Shown here: piece after piece, positions 61,301-64,000 of the stretch | Numbering within the stretch: position 1 is the stretch's first letter | How the letters are laid out: each line of letters opens with the position of its first letter | Source of the DNA: Amphiscolops sp. MND2022 | Taxonomy: Eukaryota | DNA length: 64,000 nucleotides | Direction of reading: 5' to 3' | NCBI GenBank assembly: GCA_964187785.1 | Contig: OZ076421.1 | Coordinates: forward strand, 23,870,001 to 23,934,000 | Position numbers and translations under genes: made by a program | The notes under the pieces: model-generated | Databases searched by the model: none | The model's input: only the letters and a program-made list of their open reading frames with translations | What the model was told of the DNA's origin: nothing

Positions 61301-63408
61301 ATCACAAGCGAGAACAACGAAACCGAATGCGAAAGTTTAAAAGAAATCGACAACGCCGCAACGTCCATTAAACAAACAATTGAAGATACTCTCAATAAAC
61401 AAGGCGTCGAAATGAGCGCGGACGAAAGCGAATTACAGCAACTTGCGATCAAACCACCCGTAAAAAGGCCTTTTACAATTGCGCTCATCGACAATAGTTC
61501 AAATATTCCACTCAAATCTAGCATTCGGAGAATCGGCGAGAATATTTTAGCTGGAACTTATGAGCACTACTCCCTATTGCAAACCGTCATTAGCTTATTG
61601 AAAGAATTCAACGAAAAGAAACTGCGAATAATTACCAAAAGTATGGCAACAACGCCGCTTCAGAGAGCTCAGTCTTGACGAGAACGATTTCGCTTACGTC
61701 GATGAAAAACTAGTTACTCCCGAAGAGCTCCGCAAACTGATATTTCGAAGCTTACATTGGGGGCATCCCGGCCGGGACGTTATGCCCAAAGCAGTAGCGG
61801 ACATCTGGTGGCCACAAATCCACAGAGACGTGGTACCGTTGGCCCAATCGAGCAATCAATGTCAGCAAGCAGGTAAAAATTTAAAAACAATTTTCCCACA
61901 ATCAGTTTTCGGAAAATTACCCGCGGCGGAAAACCACAATGATAAGGTTGCATTAGATTTTGCAGGGCCGTTTAAATTAGCACCGGAAATTGAAAAGTAT
62001 TTACTCGTAGCAATAGACTATAAGACAAACTGGCCCAACGCGATGTTCGTGAGGAAACCTACAGCAGAAAGGGTCATAAGTTTCCTACAAGGTCATATAG
62101 CACATATTGGCATTCCAAAACGAATAAAAACTGACCCGGCAACTATCTTCCGTGGCGAAAAATTTAAAGGATTTTGTTAAGAATTCTTTATAAAACATAT
62201 CGAATGCCCTGTACGTGACCATCGCGGAAACGGAAAAATTGAGCGATTAACTCGATAAACGAGCGACTGAGAGCAGAAAAGTCAATAGTAACCGAAAAGG
62301 GAAACACTGACGATTTCCCCAAGAATGACGATTCAATGGTGTTCTTGAGAGACAGAACAAAGAACCCAAAATTGGAAAGCCAGTGTAAAAAGAAAAAAGG
62401 AACAAAAACCCAAGAAATTGCTCACACTCTCACGTTGGACACCAACCGCAGGCGCCAAGTGGTCTCCAAAAGAGATGTGGCAAAAAGTGCGTCATCTAGC
62501 CCCCAAAAGAACAAAGGAAGAGGAGACAGTTGCTCACTAGAAAGAAAAATTGCAGCCCTTAAGGACGCAGAAGCCAGAAGTGAGATGGAACTCAACAAGC
62601 CACTATATTGCTTCGCGGCCAGAGACTATGAAAAGAAAAACCAAAAAGTCAACAATCCCCAAGAAAACAACAAAGGCCCAGGAAATCCCTGTCAGGACTA
62701 CTCGATAGAAAAATAGAAGAACCTGAACTGCTGGAAAGTTCATCGAACAAAAAAACTACCCCACAAAATGAACCAACAACACAATCAACACCAAAAGCCG
62801 AATTAAACGAACCATCAACTTCACAAGATCAACCGACCCCTTCGTACCAATGCCAGCGCTCCAAAAAGACACCCACTTGGTATGGGCAAAAATTAATGGT
62901 CTCAAGGGTAGAAGAGGAGGAAAAGAAATAAAAAGTTCAAGCACCAAGCGAGACAAAATCGGAGCAATTACGAAGAGAACTCGACGAAAAGCCCAACTTC
63001 TTGGAAATATCACAAGACGAAACAGAAGATTGGAACAACAATTGAAAAACTAAAGACAATCTGATCTGAAACCGAAAACATCAAAGAAACATGAACATTG
63101 TATCTGAAATACAAATTTTGAGTTGATTTAATTACCACTACATTTATACGGTCAAGTATCCATAACTTACTCATTTTAACTTATAAAACCTTAACACGTG
63201 GTGGGGGAGGTGTGGTCGAGGCCTTATGCCGTGACAAAACAGAAAAGGCCCTATTAATCAATTGAATCTGAAACTGCAAATATTTAACAAAGTACCAGTC
63301 AACAATCGTCCTCGAAACGACCCTTTACAGTGCAGAAAGTTGCCTCGAAAGTTTACAGTTGTTAATGCTTAAATCATTCTTGTTAGCCCGCAGTTTTCAT
63401 CTATAACA
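58320..63408 (+). mobile_element. Ty3/Gypsy LTR retrotransposon, heavily decayed
   Basis: LTRs 58320-58523 and 63211-63408 (TG...CA), 5-bp TSD TGCAC, PBS TGGCGCTG at 58524 and PPT GTGGGGGAGG. Fragments: gag 58876-59320, RT 59847-60490, RNase H 60775-61095 (ICDA, ELELLAIVW), integrase 61782-62180 (LDFAGP, KTDPA). Confidence 0.95.
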
Positions 63409-64000
63409 TGCACGTTCTATGCATTTGCTCCTTTTTAATGGATTGCTTAAAATAGAGGTGGTCGTCTGTATGAACTTGAGTACAATATGAGGCTTTGGCC
63501 CCGTTCTCTAGCTAAATTGAAACGATTTTGAAAACATAGGCGCGAAGGCATGTCGCGCTTGGGCACGAGCAGAAACGTTCAATGGTCTGCAGAAGGTGTT
63601 ACAAATTCTTTGTGTTCCAGGGCCCACAGCCTTGTAAACTTATCCAGTCTCAGAAAGGGGATATTTTGATGAAAGAACTAAAAAGATGATGGAAAATTTT
63701 TTGAGAAAAATGAAAAAATGTAATTTTGGCAGAAACCCGAAGGCGTCATACTTCATGACGGAAACTTTGATAGTACAAAGTGTAACCTACATACTTGCCT
63801 CACTTTTTGAGGGAAAATGGTTTTCGTATCTATTTTCAGTTCTGAGGAAAATCAGCTACAAATTGGAAAAAAATGGAAAAATTTTTTCGTTACTTTGTTC
63901 GCTAAAAAAATCCAGAGTGAAAAAAATTTCGAGATCACTTTTGGCCGAAAACGTAGCCTACAAAAGCTTGGTAAAATTAACAAAACCATGAACTCCATAT

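Noticed and set aside
62336-63053. env-like or extra ORF at the Gypsy 3' end
   Set aside because: Short, K/N-rich fragmented frames with no signal peptide or transmembrane segment; they cannot be distinguished from a decayed integrase tail or UTR.

Overview
AT-rich eukaryotic (invertebrate animal) genomic DNA with GT-AG introns and dense transposable elements. The repeats and compact genes remind me of acoel-type genomes, but that is unverified. Left third: a decayed endonuclease-carrying Helitron (Helentron/Helitron2) with upstream tandem arrays, a diverged ~185-bp tandem array, and a young but disabled BEL/Pao LTR retrotransposon (10649-17104; 250-bp LTRs differing at 2 sites). The BEL carries an intact extra ORF for an SGNH/GDSL-hydrolase-fold protein between the PBS and gag, which is the most unusual item here. 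Middle: five co-oriented + strand host genes whose exon structures reconstruct in frame: RNMT, PUDP/HDHD1, FKBP6 (shutdown-like), ALKBH4 and LYST (with a 9.66-kb terminal exon). Their introns hold DINE-1/HINE-like elements, several hAT elements (one tandemly duplicated), a mariner-type MITE, an RTE fragment, tRNA-derived heads and a perfect 327-bp palindrome. Right end: a decayed Ty3/Gypsy element (58320-63408, TSD TGCAC). All assignments come from manual motif reading; no database searches were run.
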